A stretch of DNA of 64,000 bases from assembly GCA_951804945.1 (NCBI GenBank), contig OX638149.1, positions 102,486,001 to 102,550,000 of the forward strand, in the 5' to 3' direction. Position 1 is the first letter of the stretch. Every line of letters starts with the position of its first letter. Made by a program: the position numbers and the translations under genes. This document shows positions 12,975-26,417 of this stretch, piece after piece. The stretch comes from Podarcis cretensis. Its lineage: Eukaryota. The notes under the pieces were generated by a model. It was given only the letters and a program-made list of their open reading frames with translations. It was not told where the DNA came from and did not search any database.

Positions 12975-13875
12975 TAAAGCGTTAATATTCACATGTTTAC
13001 ATTTCAGCATGTGAAAAGGCTAGGATTGTGATCTGTAGCATTCTTGCTCGTGAGTCAGCCCTGTTGAGAATGTAGGGCAGCTTGCCTCATATGAATCACA
13101 TAATTCAGAGTGTCCAAGATGTCTAAATACAAATTGCAGTGTACCAGATATTTTTTAAACATTCCCGAAATTACATTTAAAATATCAATTCAAACAAGAG
13201 CTTTTGAAGTAAACAAAACTGATAGAATCCCTATCCCTGATGAATTGTCTATTTTAATTATAAAGAGAAACAAGAGGAACTTGAAAGGGGCGACATGTTG
13301 GTTGGATGTGCCATGGGAAGAAGCTGTGGGCATTCCAATAAGCCATACCACTAAGTGACAACACTTAAGCAGAAATGCCCTTTAAGAAGAGGTGTTGTTT
13401 TATAACTGTATGCCAGTTCCATAGAGATGAAGGAATCATATACATATTTGCACTTTCACATACCAAAACATGGCACAATTCCTTAATTTATCAGTCATGC
13501 AAATCAAGGAGCAAAGCAAAATGAATTCTACAGGAACTCACTCATAGATAATCAAATCTGACTTGTTTACATGCTTGGTTCTGGCATTTTGCTGTTCAAC
13601 CACTACATATCCTGTGAGGGAGTGGGTGGGGGGGACTTGGCTAAGCCACTTTACTCAATTTTTCTGTTTCTCTTTAGCGAGTGAGGCAGATATTTTGGTG
13701 TTGGCTGCTTGAAGAGAGCGTTGGCTGTCCTCTTTTAGAAAGGCAGCACCTCATGCTTGTGCAGAAATGTTTGCCAGATTGTGGAAAGCATTCATAGTTT
13801 TCTACTGTGAGTGGGGTCTTTTTACACAGGAAAAAATCATGCTGAGGAAAAAACATTCCAGTGAAATTCACATTT

Positions 13876-14309
13876 ACTTTTTTTAAAAAAAATAAAATAT
13901 TTATTGGTGTTTCAAAAAGTTACAAGAATAAAAAAGAAAGAAAAAGGAAAACAGAAAATACAAAATACAGAAAAAAAACCAATTAAGAACAAATCCATCA
14001 TTCCATATCTTATCTATCATTTGCTTGTTTCCTTGACCTCCTCACACCTCCCTTTTTCGTATTTTAGTTCATTTGTTGTTTCAGCAAATCCTTTCCTTCT
14101 TTGTTTTTATCTTACTAATTTATCTTAATATATTGTAACTTTACATTCTGACCTGTTAACAATCCATTTTTACTTAATCCTTTATAACATTACTGCTAAA
14201 ACCACATAGCTTCATTCCAGCATCCTTCTAACATTCCTTAATTTTACAATGTTTCTGTAGATAGACTTTAAATTTCTTCCAATCTTCTTCTACCGACTCT
14301 TCTCCCTGG
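13876..14309 (-). mobile_element. 5'-truncated L1-clade LINE (end of ORF2 plus 3' UTR)
   Basis: Minus strand encodes QGEESVEEDWKKFKVYLQKHCKIKEC-stop, homologous to the copy at 12019; TSD GAAATTCACATTT (13863-13875 / 14310-14322); AATAAA and A-rich tail. Confidence 0.88.
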
Positions 14310-14401
14310 GAAATTCACATTTCCTTAAAGCTTCAGAGAAATGTGGTGACTATAACAAGCTCTGTACAGGTTGTATCCTACAGATAGCATGTGTATATGT
14401 T

Positions 14402-14650
14402 AAGAAGAAGAAGAAGAGTTTGGATTTGATATCCCGCCTTTTACTCCCTTTAAGGAGTCTCAAAGCGGCTAACATTCTCCTTTCCCTTCCTCCCCCACAA
14501 CAAACACTCTGTGAGGTGAGTGGGGCTGAGAGACTTCAGAGAAGTGTGACTGGCCCAAGATCACCCAGCACTGCATGTGGAGGAGCGGAGACGCGAACCT
14601 GGTTCCCCAGATTACGTGACTACCACTCTTAACCACTACACCACACTGGT
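14402..14650 (-). mobile_element. tRNA-headed CORE/MIR-like SINE (Squam3-like)
   Basis: tRNA-like head (reverse complement CCAGTGTGGTGTAGTGGTTAAGAG), CORE-like ctcacagagtgtttgttgtggggg, L2-like tail and (CTT)n; copies at 20326 and 34913. Confidence 0.85.
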
Positions 14651-14796
14651 TCTGCACACAGGTTCCTGCACACATGGGGTGATCCATGGTGGCAGTGTTT
14701 CTGATGTGATAATGGGTGCCATTAGGATAAGTAAGTCAAGAAGCTGTAGCTAGAACCGGCTTGCTGCAAAAGAATATCTCTTGGGATACCTTTACA

Positions 14797-14930
14797 TAAT
14801 AGTAATAATAATAATAATAATTTATTATTTATACCCCGCCCATCTGGCTGGGCCTCCCCAGCCACTCTGGGCGGCTTCCATAGAAAGCAAAAATACAATA
14901 AAATATCACACGTTAAAAACTTCCCTGAAA
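14797..14930 (-). mobile_element. L2 LINE extreme 3' end
   Basis: Same tail as 4548-4680 (tttataccccgcccatctggctggg...cccagccactctggg) with an (AAT)n end. Confidence 0.85.
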
Positions 14931-16177
14931 TAGGCTTTCTCTATTGCCGAGAGTAATAGCTACTGAGTTCTAGAGCACTGCCAAAGTGATGCAGGTTCCA
15001 TTTATCTGGTATTTAACTCATTTTATGCCATCCTGTACTAAGAAACAGTTAGTTACCTGTTTTTCTCACTCACCAGAGAGAGAATCCACTAAAGGAGGAA
15101 GCTGGAAGTTACTTAGAAGTACATTTTGTATTTCTTATGAGGTGCCACATGAGTCTGGTACAATAATTATATGTTGCATACACCACTTTAAGGTTGCAAT
15201 CCTGTATTCACATACTTAGTAATAATTCCCATCAAACTCTGTGGGTCTTACTTCTGAGTAAATATATATAAGACGGTAAGTTAATTGTTCAAATAGCTTG
15301 ATACAGTAGTCCGTATAGCAACCCTGTAAATTAAGCTGTATTGTCGATCGCTTGAATGAGTTAACGGTAGAGGAAAATTCTGAAACTAGATCATAGCTCA
15401 AGCTATGGCATGCAGTCAGTCATATGCATGACTTTCCCCATTTTTTAAAAAAGCCAAGGGTAACTTTGGAAGCCTAAGCAGAACAGACAATGGTGGCTGG
15501 TGCTCATTGGAACTGGTAGGGTGGGAAGCAGGGAGGTCAGTGACAATCAGAGGCAGAGTCAGGGACTGTTCCAGTAATCCCTGCACACATTCAATGACTA
15601 TGTCCAGTGAGGAACAGGCCTGCTAACTAAAGCACCAACAGACCTGCTGGACGTACCCCTGGCAGTTGCCCATTCAACATTAGTAGGAAAGGAGGCCTTT
15701 GAATGTAGAGATGCATATATAGCACCATTTTGTGCGAAGTTGAATCCTGGTTGTTCAGGGTTCTTGCCTGTGTGGAAGAGCTTTGCTATATATGTATGCT
15801 CCCTTTTCCTTAAATGCCAAATATGTGGCCACTGGAGGCTACTAGACACAACCCCAGTTTCCCCACTAAAACATTCAGTCAAACAGCTGTAGTTCTCACG
15901 AACTATCTGCTTGGTTGGTTTATTTTGTCAATTAATTAGTTCAAGTGCATCTTGGTAGCATGCATAGTGCCAGCAACAAGCAATGTCAATTAAGCATACA
16001 AAGACTTTAACTGGTACAGGTGCACATCATTATCATAAAATGCAGACAAGCAGTTAACAGGAAGAGACAAGCAAGAATAGACTGGAAATTGGGAGATACT
16101 TTATGTTGAGATTTCATCAATAAGTCAGTCCCAGTCTAGGAATCAGGCAATGTCCACATTCTGTGAATGTGATGTGA

Positions 16178-16209
<32 letters not shown>

Positions 16210-19200
16210 AATATCTACACAAATGTCCATGACAGGATAGCAGATCACTTTTACAGTATGCATGAAAACACTTTGTATGAAATACACCTAAAACGCGCAC
16301 TTCAAATACAGCTTTACTTCCTTATAATTTTAGAGTGAATACTTTTGAAACTATGTAGTATTTGAGTTCATTCACTTTTTCTTATCTTCATACTGGAAAC
16401 ACTAGCTTCCTTTAGTTTTTTAAAAAATTGCCTAGTTAATTGATGTGGAAGAATACTATCACCATGACATGTGTCTCTTCACATGTATTAATCATTATCA
16501 TTTAAAAAATACATATACATCCTTAAAGTTTTATTCTGAGTTTTAAAAAACCTTCTGGAAATGCCATTGAATTGCAGATCTGATGATGATGTGTAAAAAT
16601 GGAACATGGATGCAGAAATTTCATGAAGTAGATTTTCCGCTTTGATGCTTATGTGAAAAGACATCTCAAGATGACTGAATGTTTTCATCCGCTATACAAA
16701 CCACTTCCTTCAAAAAGCAGCAGTGGTGCAATACAATTTACAACACAATCCTACACATGTCTACTTAAAAGAAATGTGTATAGGACTTCCAGGTAAACGT
16801 GTGTAGGATTGCAACTTTAGTGAATTATTTATTTCTTAAATGGTAATCACATTGTCTCACCCCCCCCCCAATTTGTCCAGAGTTTTGAGTTTATTGGATA
16901 GTATGGTTGGAAGAGGGAGCCTACTTTTGGAATGAATATGTTCAAAAGCTCCACAGCGTTGCTATAGTTCTCTCCATGGTCCTCTTGATTCTGGCTGTGG
17001 CTTCTTTGAAATTTAAACAACATTTGCAAACAGTCTTTTACATCTGTTTTATTTTCCATTTGTTCCATAACTGAAGGTATTTCTTCTGTGGCTTTACTGT
17101 CCAAATTTTATACTCACATGTGATGAAAATATCCAATAATTTGGAAGTGTGTCAGCTTCCATTTAAAGCTTCCATTCTAAGAACCGAAAGTTGAGAATGT
17201 TACATTTTGTTCTTTGTAAAAAAAAATTTGCAACGATGTCTACCATTTCATTACATTCATTAGCATCCGTGTGGCAACTTCAGCTTTAATTTTTCAGAAT
17301 CTATGGTGCTTGGAAAAAAATTAAGCTCACCAGAATGTCTTAGGTGTATATCTTTAGTGCCCTACACACATTTTGATAAATTATTAGATAATAACATTCT
17401 TTCTTGCCACTTTTGAATTCTTGCAGCTGAGGGCACAACCTGTGTATATTATTATACTGCAGCAATTGAGGGGCACTGAAGATGGAGACAGCTCCCTGCT
17501 TCATCTTCACCAGGAGCATTAAAAAAATAAGAAAGAAGCAACACCCTTAACTTTTCACTTTATGTATCAAAAATAGATTCCGTGTTGTTGAGCTCAGGAC
17601 TCCCATTGCAAATAAACAAACATAACACTCGTACATCTGCCGTGCCTAACGTAGCAAAGGCTATGAATAACTTTCACAAATAAATCTGATATTTTCTGGT
17701 GGACCATATTGCATCTTCTACTTCCTCCCCCCTTTTTTCTATATTTCGTGTGTGTTTATGAATAACTGCATCCTTTTTAATTGGTGGGCCAAGAGGGATA
17801 GTTATCCTTGGGCATCTCAGATTGGTTCAAGTATCTGGAATTGCCCCCCTTTGGCGCTGCATTTAAATGTGCTAAAAATTGCTTTGCATGAAAATATGTT
17901 CATATGCATAATTTCTCTCTCTTGCCATTGCCAACCTCCCTCTGTATATCATACCAAAAGCTGCATTCCAGATGGGGTAAGAAGGCTCTGTTGCCTCTGT
18001 ACCAAATCAAAATTTGCATCTGAGTTATATTGTATCACATGCAAAAAAAAAAAAAAAAAAAAAACCAGGACCAAGCAAGTTAAGCAAAACAAATATGAGC
18101 CCGGTCATATGAACTTGATATGATTCTTAATGATCTGTGCTTCAACAGAAGATGTTGCTTTCTGCAAAGAGATTATACCTACCCAAAGGACAATAACAGT
18201 GGTTTCTTTCCAAGATGGCCTTGGCATCAATTCACTTACGAAGTGATACTTGGTTGGTTGAAGTCTGCACTGAATGGGTTAGAATGTCCCATAGCAGAGT
18301 TAGAATGTCCCATAGCAGTGACCATGTCCATTGAAACAGGTGGAACAGATTGTAAGGAGTTGAAATAGGTGGCACTATTGCCAATGAGTGACAGAGCCAG
18401 CTAATTCTAGATTTGTCCCCATCCTCCTCTCTGCCGAGTTCTGAGACTCCTTAGTCGGAGGGGGAAAGTGGCAGTGTCATGCCCTTGGTCTGGTTGTAAT
18501 AAGAAAGCAGGCAAGTGGGGATTGGCTGAGAGCAGACTGAGGCTGGTGGTGCAGTCTCCGCGGGTGTCACATTTAGAGTGTGTAATAGTCATTGCCTAGA
18601 GGATAAATGGCAGAAAAGATTGTTGGTGCTGAGCAGTGCTGATATCCTGCAGGGATGTTCTCCAGGTTTAAAGCAATAAGGACTATTCTTTGAGTACAGT
18701 GAGATATTGAACTTCATTTGTTAGTCTTGTAGAATCAGCACTAATCCTTGTCGTGCATTTCATATTATGCGTGCACATATATTTTTCCAAGATTGCCAGG
18801 CTGCAATTTAGCCACTTGTTTAGATTCAGATTTCCCCCCCTTGACATTAATAATCCACTTATGTGACAATTGTGCAATGCCTATGATGGGGAAGATAATG
18901 TAATTTACAATCAGAGTGTATCAATGAATTAATCCCAAAATAAGGTCCTTTACGACATAACTCCAGGACTGTTTGCTTGCAAAGGCATTCTATAATCATT
19001 TTCTCATATTCCTTGGAGGTACAAATGTCACTGTCCTGTAACAACCCCTCACCCAACCACCAAAGAAGTGCCCCCTCCACATCTTCCACCCTGGCCAGCA
19101 GAAGCTAATGTGGTGACAAATCTGCTCCCTCAAGTTAGGATCGTTCTGTTATCACACCTTTCAGACCAGCAAATGTATTGTGGCTTAAGCATCCAGCTTA

Positions 19201-19249
19201 TATAACCCTGTATCTTCAGTAACATTTCTTTCAGCATCCTCAAAACTAC

Positions 19250-19393
19250 TCTGATGGTGGTGCAGTGGGACAGTGCCTCTGGCTGTTAACCAGAAGGTTG
19301 GTGGTTCAAGCCCACCCAGGGACAGCTGTGAGCAGGGAGTTGGGCTAGATGAGGCCCTTGGTGTCCATTCCAACTCTACAACTTAATGATTCT
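19250..19393 (+). mobile_element. tRNA-derived SINE with CR1-type tail
   Basis: A/B-box head (ggtgcagtggg...ggttcaagccc) followed by the CR1 3' motif ttccaactctacaac...atgattct. Confidence 0.7.
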
Positions 19394-19416
19394 TTTGAGA
19401 CAGATCACTTACACAC

Positions 19417-19419
<3 letters not shown>

Positions 19420-19455
<36 letters not shown>
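19420..19455. repeat. (TA)n microsatellite
   Basis: Directly visible. Confidence 0.97.
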
Positions 19456-19457
<2 letters not shown>

Positions 19458-20325
19458 AATACTGAGACTTGCTCTCAGATTATTCAGCTTGCTATTAGAT
19501 CTCTCTGTTAAACAAATTCAGCTTCTTCCTCTCTCACCTATCACTTTGCAAATTAAAATATGGCAAATGTGTGAGAACTATCTGCTCACCTCTGAGAAAT
19601 AAACACACTACTTTTAAAAGACTTGTGAATAGTTTCCCAAATATTTCATTCTGAGTGTTTTAATGACAAAAAAATCCAGGAAATGCCTAACTGAAGCAAG
19701 GGTGTGGTCTTACTATAATATCAAAGGTTATACTTATGCCAAAGTTCCTTAAAGATAAAATGTGTATTTGTTTTGACTGTCAAGACGTCGCCTCTCCGTG
19801 GTGATTTTTCTGTTCCAACTGAGTCAGCTCTTGGGGAAATGTACCTCTCAAACAAAAGGCCAGCAAACCAAACTACAATTAACTACCACTCATGGGAAAT
19901 TCCATAGTGGCGTGTAACAGGCATTTGAAAAATCTACACCTTCTGAGAAAGAAAAGGCAGGAAAATTCTGTCAAACAATTAATCTGATGGGTATTCCCAA
20001 GACTGGGAAAACAAGTCATCTGTCAGAAAAAATGCTGGCCCTGAGTTTATGAGAGAGTACAAATAAGAATATAATTTTGATCCTGTGCATTACTGTTCTA
20101 TTTCTTCCTGCCCTTAGTCCAGGGGTTGTGGTTTGGGAACCAAATAAGAGACTGAATCAAAGTGAAGTTGAGGAAAAGGGATTATAAAGTTTGGCAATCT
20201 TGACAAGACAGGATAAGGCAGAAATTTGTCAGATGGGACTGATTTAGTTTCAAGTCAGAACTACATTAATTTAAGGTTATTTCAGGCATTGTATCTTTTA
20301 CTTTTCAATGCAATTTGGATTTGTC

Positions 20326-20532
20326 CTCCTCCACATGCAGCTGCTGAGTGACCTTGGGCTAGTCACACTTCTTTGAAGTCTCTCAGCCCCACTCACCTCA
20401 CAGAGTGTTTGTTGTGGGGGAGGAAGGGAAAGGAGAATGTTAGCCGCTTTGAGACTCCTTAAAGGGAGTGAAAGGCGGGATATCAAATCCAAACTACTAC
20501 TACTACTACTACTACTACTATTCTTCTTCTTC
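20326..20532 (+). mobile_element. CORE/MIR-like SINE (Squam3-like), 5'-truncated
   Basis: Reverse complement of the 14402 copy; (ACT)n(TCT)n tail. Confidence 0.85.
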
Positions 20533-20764
20533 TTTTTCTTCTTGTCTACATGAGTAGCTGTCCTGAGACTGTATTTCCATAACTCACCTGGACCTCAGAT
20601 TTAAGCCCCATGTTATTCACATATAGAAAAGGGTAAAATGTGTAGAAAGGGGTTGTGGGGTCACTCCTTTGGCCCAGCTCCTCTGCATGGCTCTTCCCGC
20701 CTATTTTTTTCCGCCACCCATGTATTAGTTTGGATATTTGAGGCATGGAAACTTTTCAGTGTAG

Positions 20765-21565
20765 ACCTCTACGTGCTCTTGATGGGGCTACACTTCTTCT
20801 GAAGGAGCAGGTACATAACTTTGTGCTACTTTTGGATCCTTTGATGTCAATTGAGGCTCAAGTGGCCTTGGTGGTGCAGAATATCTTCCATCAGTTTCAG
20901 CTGGTGGCCCAGCTACACCCATATCTGGACAGGGATAACCTAACTTCTGTTGTCTATGCTTTGGTAACCTGTAGCCTGGATTACTGTGATGCATTATACA
21001 TAGGCTGCTTCTGAAGATGGTTCAGAAACTTCAGGTGATGAAGAACTGGTCATAAGGTTGCTCATTCTGGGCCAAGACGGTTTGAACATATTACAGTGAT
21101 TCTGGCATGAATGCGTTTCCTGCCAGTTAGCTTTCAGGCCCAATTCAATGTGCTGATTTTGACCTATGAAGCCTTAAATGGCTCAGTGCTACAATACCCC
21201 AAGTACCGCCACTCCCCATATCTAAGGCCCTTCTTTGTGTGCCTCCTCCATGTGAGGTCCCGAGGGTGAAAACAGGCCTTCTCTGTAGTGGCTCCACGTT
21301 GTGGCATGCACTCTCCAGAAAGGCTCACCTGGATCTTCATTATATAGTTTTAGGCTCCAGTTGAAAATATTCCTCTTCAACTAGACCTTAGGCTGATAAA
21401 TAATCTACAGCCTTTTAAATGTGTTTGGCGGGGGAGTGGAGGTGAGGCAGGGTGTTATTTTGTTTTTCTGTTTTAACTATTTATTTGTGCTTTCATCTTG
21501 TATTTTTATCTTGTGAACCACCCTGAGATATTCTGATGAAGGGTGGAATATAAATCTAATTAATA
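20765..21565 (+). mobile_element. Old L2 LINE fragment (ORF2 C-terminus to 3' end)
   Basis: LVTCSLDYCDALY matches the L2 LVTSRLDYCN motif; later ttctctgtagtggctcc (FSVVAP) and 3' end gtgaaccaccctgag...gaagggtggaatataaat. Confidence 0.85.
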
Positions 21566-24127
21566 CTAATGCTAATGCTAATAATAATCTTGGCACCCTG
21601 AAAGCACAACCTAAAGTATACTGCAATAGAACCTGCAACATCTGTTCTTAGAATGGGACAACTACTTATGGCAACTGTGTTAATCTTGAATGAAATAATA
21701 CTATTTGAATGTGTGAAGCTTGACTGCTCTGTGAAAAAGGTGAATTCCATGAGTTACTGGACATATTTATTCAGTTATTAGGAAATAGGTTGAAAATAAA
21801 ACTATACAAGTGGAGGGAGTGTTGTTGCACTGAGGCCCTGTTTGAGAGCACCCTATGTATAGGCATTTGGTTGGCCACTTGGCCTGATTCAACAGGGTTG
21901 ATCTTAGGTTGTGAAATTGCCACACTTCCCAGTGATGTGATTTCAGTGCTTTGACATGAAATGCATGTGACATTTGAAAGCAGCCCTAGGCTTTGTTCAC
22001 ACATTATCACCTGAGGGAGCAAGCCGCAGACATCTGCCCTATTCCAATACAACTCCATTTTGGGGTGAGGTGGAGAAAATGGTATAACATACACACCAGA
22101 AAAACCTGTGATGAAACACATGGAATAAATATATTTTCTGGTTTAAGTTCTTTCCTCAATAGTCCCATCTTCTGTGCAAATTACTACTAGTAGTAGTAGT
22201 ACCACTGCTCGTCCTTCACCAGCAGGTCCTAGGCAGGGCTACAGCAATCTAAAATTCAGTTAAAACAGATAACAGTCACAGGAATAAAGTGGTAATGGGT
22301 TATTGTTCTCCAAAACATTTCCTTCTAAAATTATTTGCCTACCCTGTCTACATTATGCCCCTGTCTTTGCACATAAATAACATTTTTCACAAAAGGTCTG
22401 CTGTTTGCTGACAACCACATAACCTGATGGAAAGCTAATGATGCCCAAGGAGGTTTCATTTGATGAATTCTGTTAGTATCACACATTTTTAATTTTTTCT
22501 TAAATATCTGGGTCATTTCACTGCTCTTGTATGTCTTTCTATGAGATGTTTCAAATAATTAAAATATTAGGCTAAATGATTTATTTCCCAATAAACAATC
22601 TCTTACAATATTTAGAAAAGCCCTGCCTCCCCCCCTTTTTTTTGGTAAAGTATCATTAAGTATCATTCTCTCTTCTTTTGTTTTTGAAATGTTAACTTAT
22701 TAGTAACAAAAACAATGATATCAGACATTTACTGCTTTTCCTTCCTGGAGTCTATAACTCCAGGTGCCAGTAACACAAGTTTGAAATAAGTCTCCTAATT
22801 CTAAGCTGTACAGTTAATAGAGTTATATGGGGAGTGGTAAGAGAGCAGAGACATTGATATAATAAATGTTTACTGAAACTTTATTAAGCATATACCAGGG
22901 GAGATTGTTCTGATTTCTAGGGCATTTAAGGACTTGCTTGTTCTTGTAAAACAGGAGACAGAATGAAAACAACAACCAGAATGCTAAGAAGACAGATACT
23001 TCTGAAGACAGGGGATGCATTTTAGAGTTCTGCCTTGCTAAAAGGTGTAGCAGTACTTTTTTGATTAAGTGTGCAAACATGCAAGTTGGTGCCCAGATTT
23101 CTGTAACAGCAGACGTTCTTGATAAAGGGTGGGGAAGATTGATACACTTCCCTTATTCACATGGACTGAGGAAAGACTGTTTCAAACTGAATGGAAGCAG
23201 TCTAAACCTGCACTTAATACTTCCTTGACTGGGCGTATTCCCTTGGGAGTGACCTTCATGCAGTTCTTTTAGTGTTCATGAACTCGTAGCTTTGAACCTT
23301 CAAGTTCCTCTTGTCCTTTCAAACTCCCCAGTCAGTATTCCATCTTTTTCATTTATTTTCTGGAGTCCCTATCTTAGAACTCAAAAGCCTATTTAGCATT
23401 CACATATCACTCCATATATTTTCTCTCAGTAATCCTTTCAACAACCCGGTAAGGTAACTTCGTATTAGAATTGTCAGGTTTGTGAAACTCAACTTTGTGC
23501 GTTGTGGTTGAAGCAAGGTTTGAACCTAGTGCATAGCTCAGACTCTCGTTATCTTGGTAAAGAATTTGGCTGGGCAAAGCCAACACATGAGTACACATAT
23601 ACTTGTAGTACTCATGATGAGCATCAGATACTTTGGGAATTGCATGCCCCAAAGTTCCTTGCTGATCTAATCATAACCAGAAAATCAGTTTAGTTTCTGA
23701 ACTGGAAATGGACTTCACTGGGAGCATGACACTCCATCTGTTATGCAGCCAAGCATCGGCAGCGAGGAAATAATATTGTGAGCCAGGTAAATATGAACTA
23801 AATATCAGCCACTATGTGTCCCCAGCTCTCCTGCTCAAAAAAGCCAGGAGCTCATGCCTGGGAGAGCACAAACAAACAACAGTCAGATTTTGGACCCATT
23901 TGGGTCCCTATAAACACTTTCTCATGCATATGACCTGATTAAAGCTATGTGACACTTCCAGATTGAGTAGCTAACCAGCCATTATTTGCGAATGACATCC
24001 CTTACCTCCCTTATCTTGTCCCTCTTCTGGAATGTATGAACTGCTTGGGAGAGGGGCAGAGTCGTGTCTGATTTGGGTCAGATATGAAGAAGATAAGAAA
24101 ATGTAGGAGTCTCTCCTGCTGCTTGGG

Positions 24128-24340
24128 AGATGATTGGCATCCATCTGTCTTGGGAGATAACGGAGGAATGCACCTTTGAGGGTGAGGTCAAGCTGTTGGA
24201 AAGTTGCAGCGCTTGCTGTGGCTGCAGAGACCAATGTGGGTGAGACATGTTTTATTACAGCTGTGGCATTTGAAAGCACCCAATTGTGCTGCTGCAGATA
24301 GCATTTCTACTCTCTGTGCTCCTCCTAGCGGTCATTTCTC
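24128..24340 (-). mobile_element. RTE-clade LINE 3' end
   Basis: Minus frame AFKCHSCNKTCLTHIGLCSHSKRC matches the RTE C-terminal zinc-finger motif (CxxC...IGLxSHxRxC), followed by a short 3' UTR. Confidence 0.75.
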
Positions 24341-25069
24341 CTCTCAAAAAGAGATCTCCAGCACAGGGATGGGTGTGGTGTCAGGTGCCCTGCTCACCAT
24401 AGAGCTTGGATATACTTGACTTTGAAGAGCGGACGTACCAGTACAACTTAAATTGAATACCTATCTTCTCTCCTTAATTTTAAAGGAATTTAAAATGAAC
24501 AATTAAAATTAAGCCACAGCAAATGCTACCCAAACTGACCATTGAATCTCAACTGCATTTTATGACCTTGCCCTGCTGAAGCTGTCTCAATATTTGGAAG
24601 TAACACCTTTGTTGCCACTTAGCTTTGCTCTTGAAATGAATGGATAAAAGCTGTTTTTAAAATACAAATAAATCCTAGAACTTCTAGAAGTGTGGCATGA
24701 CAGGGGTTCTGCAAGGACTGTTCTGTTTGCCCACCAAACTCAACATTTTCCTCAGTTTCTAACTTTTTCTTAGTTAGCTGTGACTAAATAAGTTATCTCA
24801 GCCCTCCAAGACCAAAGTGTTAAAGTGCAAAGCTGTCTGCAATAAACGGTTGGCTTCCTCAGTCAAGCAAGTGGTACATTAATTTTCATTGTTGCAGCAG
24901 GACTGGCTGTTCCATGGCACTCCTCATCTGTATTTCATTAAGTCACATTCTAGGATGTAACATTGCAAGTTTGGAAATGCAGAAACAGTTCAAGGATTTG
25001 ATTCTATTTGTTGTTTCAGTCCAACAGACCTTTGATCTGAAATGTTCAGATGTGCCAGGCTGTTCCACT

Positions 25070-25200
25070 TAATAATAATAATAATAATAAATTTTATTTA
25101 TATCCCGCCCTCCCCAGCCGAAGCCGGGCTCAGGGCGGCTAACAACATTAAAACAGTGTGACATTATAAAATATTATAAAAATGAATTAAAATCAAAATT
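25070..25200 (-). mobile_element. L2-type 3' tail (second subfamily)
   Basis: (AAT)n followed by tttatatcccgccctccccagccgaagccgggctcagggcggct stem-loop tail. Confidence 0.7.
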
Positions 25201-26417
25201 GATGGCACTTGAGCCACCTTTAACCATTGTCAGCATAATAATAACCCTTGTTATCAAGTTGTTTGAATTAATTCTCTCGCATTGGTAAAAGGAAGCTATA
25301 ATTTCACAATACTTAGGAAACACAGTATTCACTGCTACAGAGAATGTGCCTGTTGATTTACTAGCAACACTACATCCTAAGTACATGGTTCAGTTATTTT
25401 GTGCCATTGGCTCAGCTGAAAAATAATGAAACAATAATATAATGTGCTTATATAGGACCCCAGCATGAAGGTTTTTTGGCACTTCACAAATATAGCCCAA
25501 AACATATGGCAGCATTGCCTTCAAAATTCCTGGGCTAACAAGTTGGAAGGGAACAGGAAGAATCCCAATAACCCAAAAATGAAACAGAACTGAACTTTCA
25601 ATATGTTATATTGTAAGGGAAATATTTAAACATTAAATGTAAATACATACACCACAATTATACCTAATTGAATAGCTTGTGAGACATTCAGAAGTCTAGA
25701 GGGATAAGAATGCTCTAAAATGATATTTTGCAGGGTACTGCTGGCATTGGCCAGCATGCTGATTATACCACAAATCTGGAAAACTGGCAAATTTAGGGAA
25801 ACTTTAGATGTTCTTCCAGCTATGTGGAAGGTGCTTATCTGTATGCAGAATGTTTAAAATTGCTAACCACCTGGCCAAGTTATGTGAGTCTTTCCACAGA
25901 ATTGGCAACTCTCTACGGGGTTCCGATTCCATGGGAAAGACCTACATGAATGGCTCTCTTCCATGTGGGTGGATCATTTAATTCCCCCTGCCCCTGGCTG
26001 TATGAGAGCTGCTCATAAATAAGCAGTATTCACACAAATAAGACAAACCATCTCATAGGCAATAAGCACAATAATTTCACCTCATCCCCACCTAAAGTGT
26101 GGTGAAATCTGCCTTATGATTTGGGAGAATGATTCAAATTGCCTGGGATGAGAGAGACTTCCCTAGAGTAGTTTTATTTCTTGTATAGTCAGTCTCTTTA
26201 GCTATGCAACAGTAGGATGAAAGGGTTGTAAAATAGTTATGTCGATGTGACAATCACCTGTTCTAACCTCTCACTGAAATGGGTTGTACCACCTCAGATC
26301 ATGGTGGGGAAGGTCTCATAACTGAATGTTGCTCGATAGTAAAAATAATAATAAATAAATAAAAGGGCCCCTCATAATTTTAGTTCACCCATCAACCATG
26401 TATACATAATATGTAAC

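Noticed and set aside
19250-19325. tRNA gene (also at ~1200 and ~58150)
   Set aside because: Degenerate stems fused to SINE bodies or CR1 tails; these are SINE heads.
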